Source of the DNA: Candidatus Omnitrophota bacterium
GTDB lineage: Bacteria > Acidobacteriota > Aminicenantia > UBA2199
NCBI GenBank assembly: GCA_050258455.1
Contig: JBLMYT010000114.1
Location: 55,995-119,994, forward strand
DNA: 64,000 nucleotides
Direction: 5' to 3'
Shown: one piece after another, positions 63,860-64,000 of the stretch
Position numbering within the stretch: position 1 is the stretch's first letter
How the letters are laid out: each line of letters starts with the position of its first letter
Notes under the pieces: generated by a model
Database searches by the model: none
The model's input: only the letters and a program-made list of their open reading frames with translations
Told to the model about the DNA's origin: nothing
Made by a program: the position numbers and the translations under genes

Positions 63860-64000
63860 TCAAACCGTATCCATGGACGGCAGGGTAGTCATTTGAATAC
63901 GCGCGTCGTGTTTGGCTTCACGCCGGGACATAACGGGAGGCCGTTCCACATTTTGGGGGCCGACGACCCAACTGAGCGGGCGTTTCTCGGTTCCCACGAG
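63860..64000 (-). CDS. nuoB: Partial CDS: the C-terminal 47 aa of the gene upstream of nuoCD, probably nuoB (20-kDa subunit). The N-terminus runs off the window end.
   Basis: The open frame ends ...PSMDTV* with a stop at 63860-63862, 7 nt before the nuoCD RBS. The assignment rests on operon position only. Confidence 0.4.
   Translation of the reverse strand, partial: LVGTEKRPLSWVVGPQNVERPPVMSRREAKHDARIQMTTLPSMDTV

Overview
This 64-kb window (about 50% GC) contains no rRNA genes and no CRISPR array. Its centrepiece is a 26-kb, six-gene, co-directional and translationally coupled NRPS cluster at 24122-50241 with a highly unusual architecture. The cluster comprises a 1-module NRPS, a 3-module NRPS carrying an embedded PAPS-type sulfotransferase domain, a stand-alone B12-binding radical SAM enzyme, and a terminal NRPS. 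In that terminal NRPS a single adenylation domain is interrupted twice: by a circularly permuted radical-SAM/B12-binding unit between cores A2 and A3, and by a ThiF/MoeB E1-like domain between cores A8 and A9. It is followed by a PCP and a thioesterase. Two further genes complete the operon: a secreted MBL-fold protein and a homocysteine-S-methyltransferase-family (MetH Hcy-domain-like) protein. All three NRPS proteins begin with an orphan C-domain C-terminal lobe that lacks the HHxxxDG motif. A family of REP-like palindromes (GGGCGCAC..GTGCGCCCCTAC and GTAGGGGCAGAY..RTCTGCCC) occurs at convergent intergenic sites and, remarkably, in frame inside NRPS A-domain loops, where it is flanked by TTAAGAAGTT-type inverted repeats that look MITE-like. 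Left of the cluster, from position 1 upward, are a partial CarbopepD_reg-domain protein, tRNA-Arg(CCU), a bactofilin, an orphan ABC ATPase, a P-type ATPase, a secreted protein, a HEXXH peptidase and a glutamine synthetase family protein. Next comes a FliK-like/FlhB-like pair, then a Myxococcus-style pilB-pilT-pilC-pilS-pilR block on the minus strand with no pilA where one would be expected. Between the pil block and the NRPS cluster lie RadC, a TlpA-like thioredoxin, a GAF histidine kinase and a C69 dipeptidase. Right of the cluster is a complete complex I operon, nuoB (partial)-CD(fused)-E-F-G-H-I-J-K-L-M-N, on the minus strand with ATGA-type overlaps. Many long antisense ORFs inside the GC-rich genes are rejected as artefacts.
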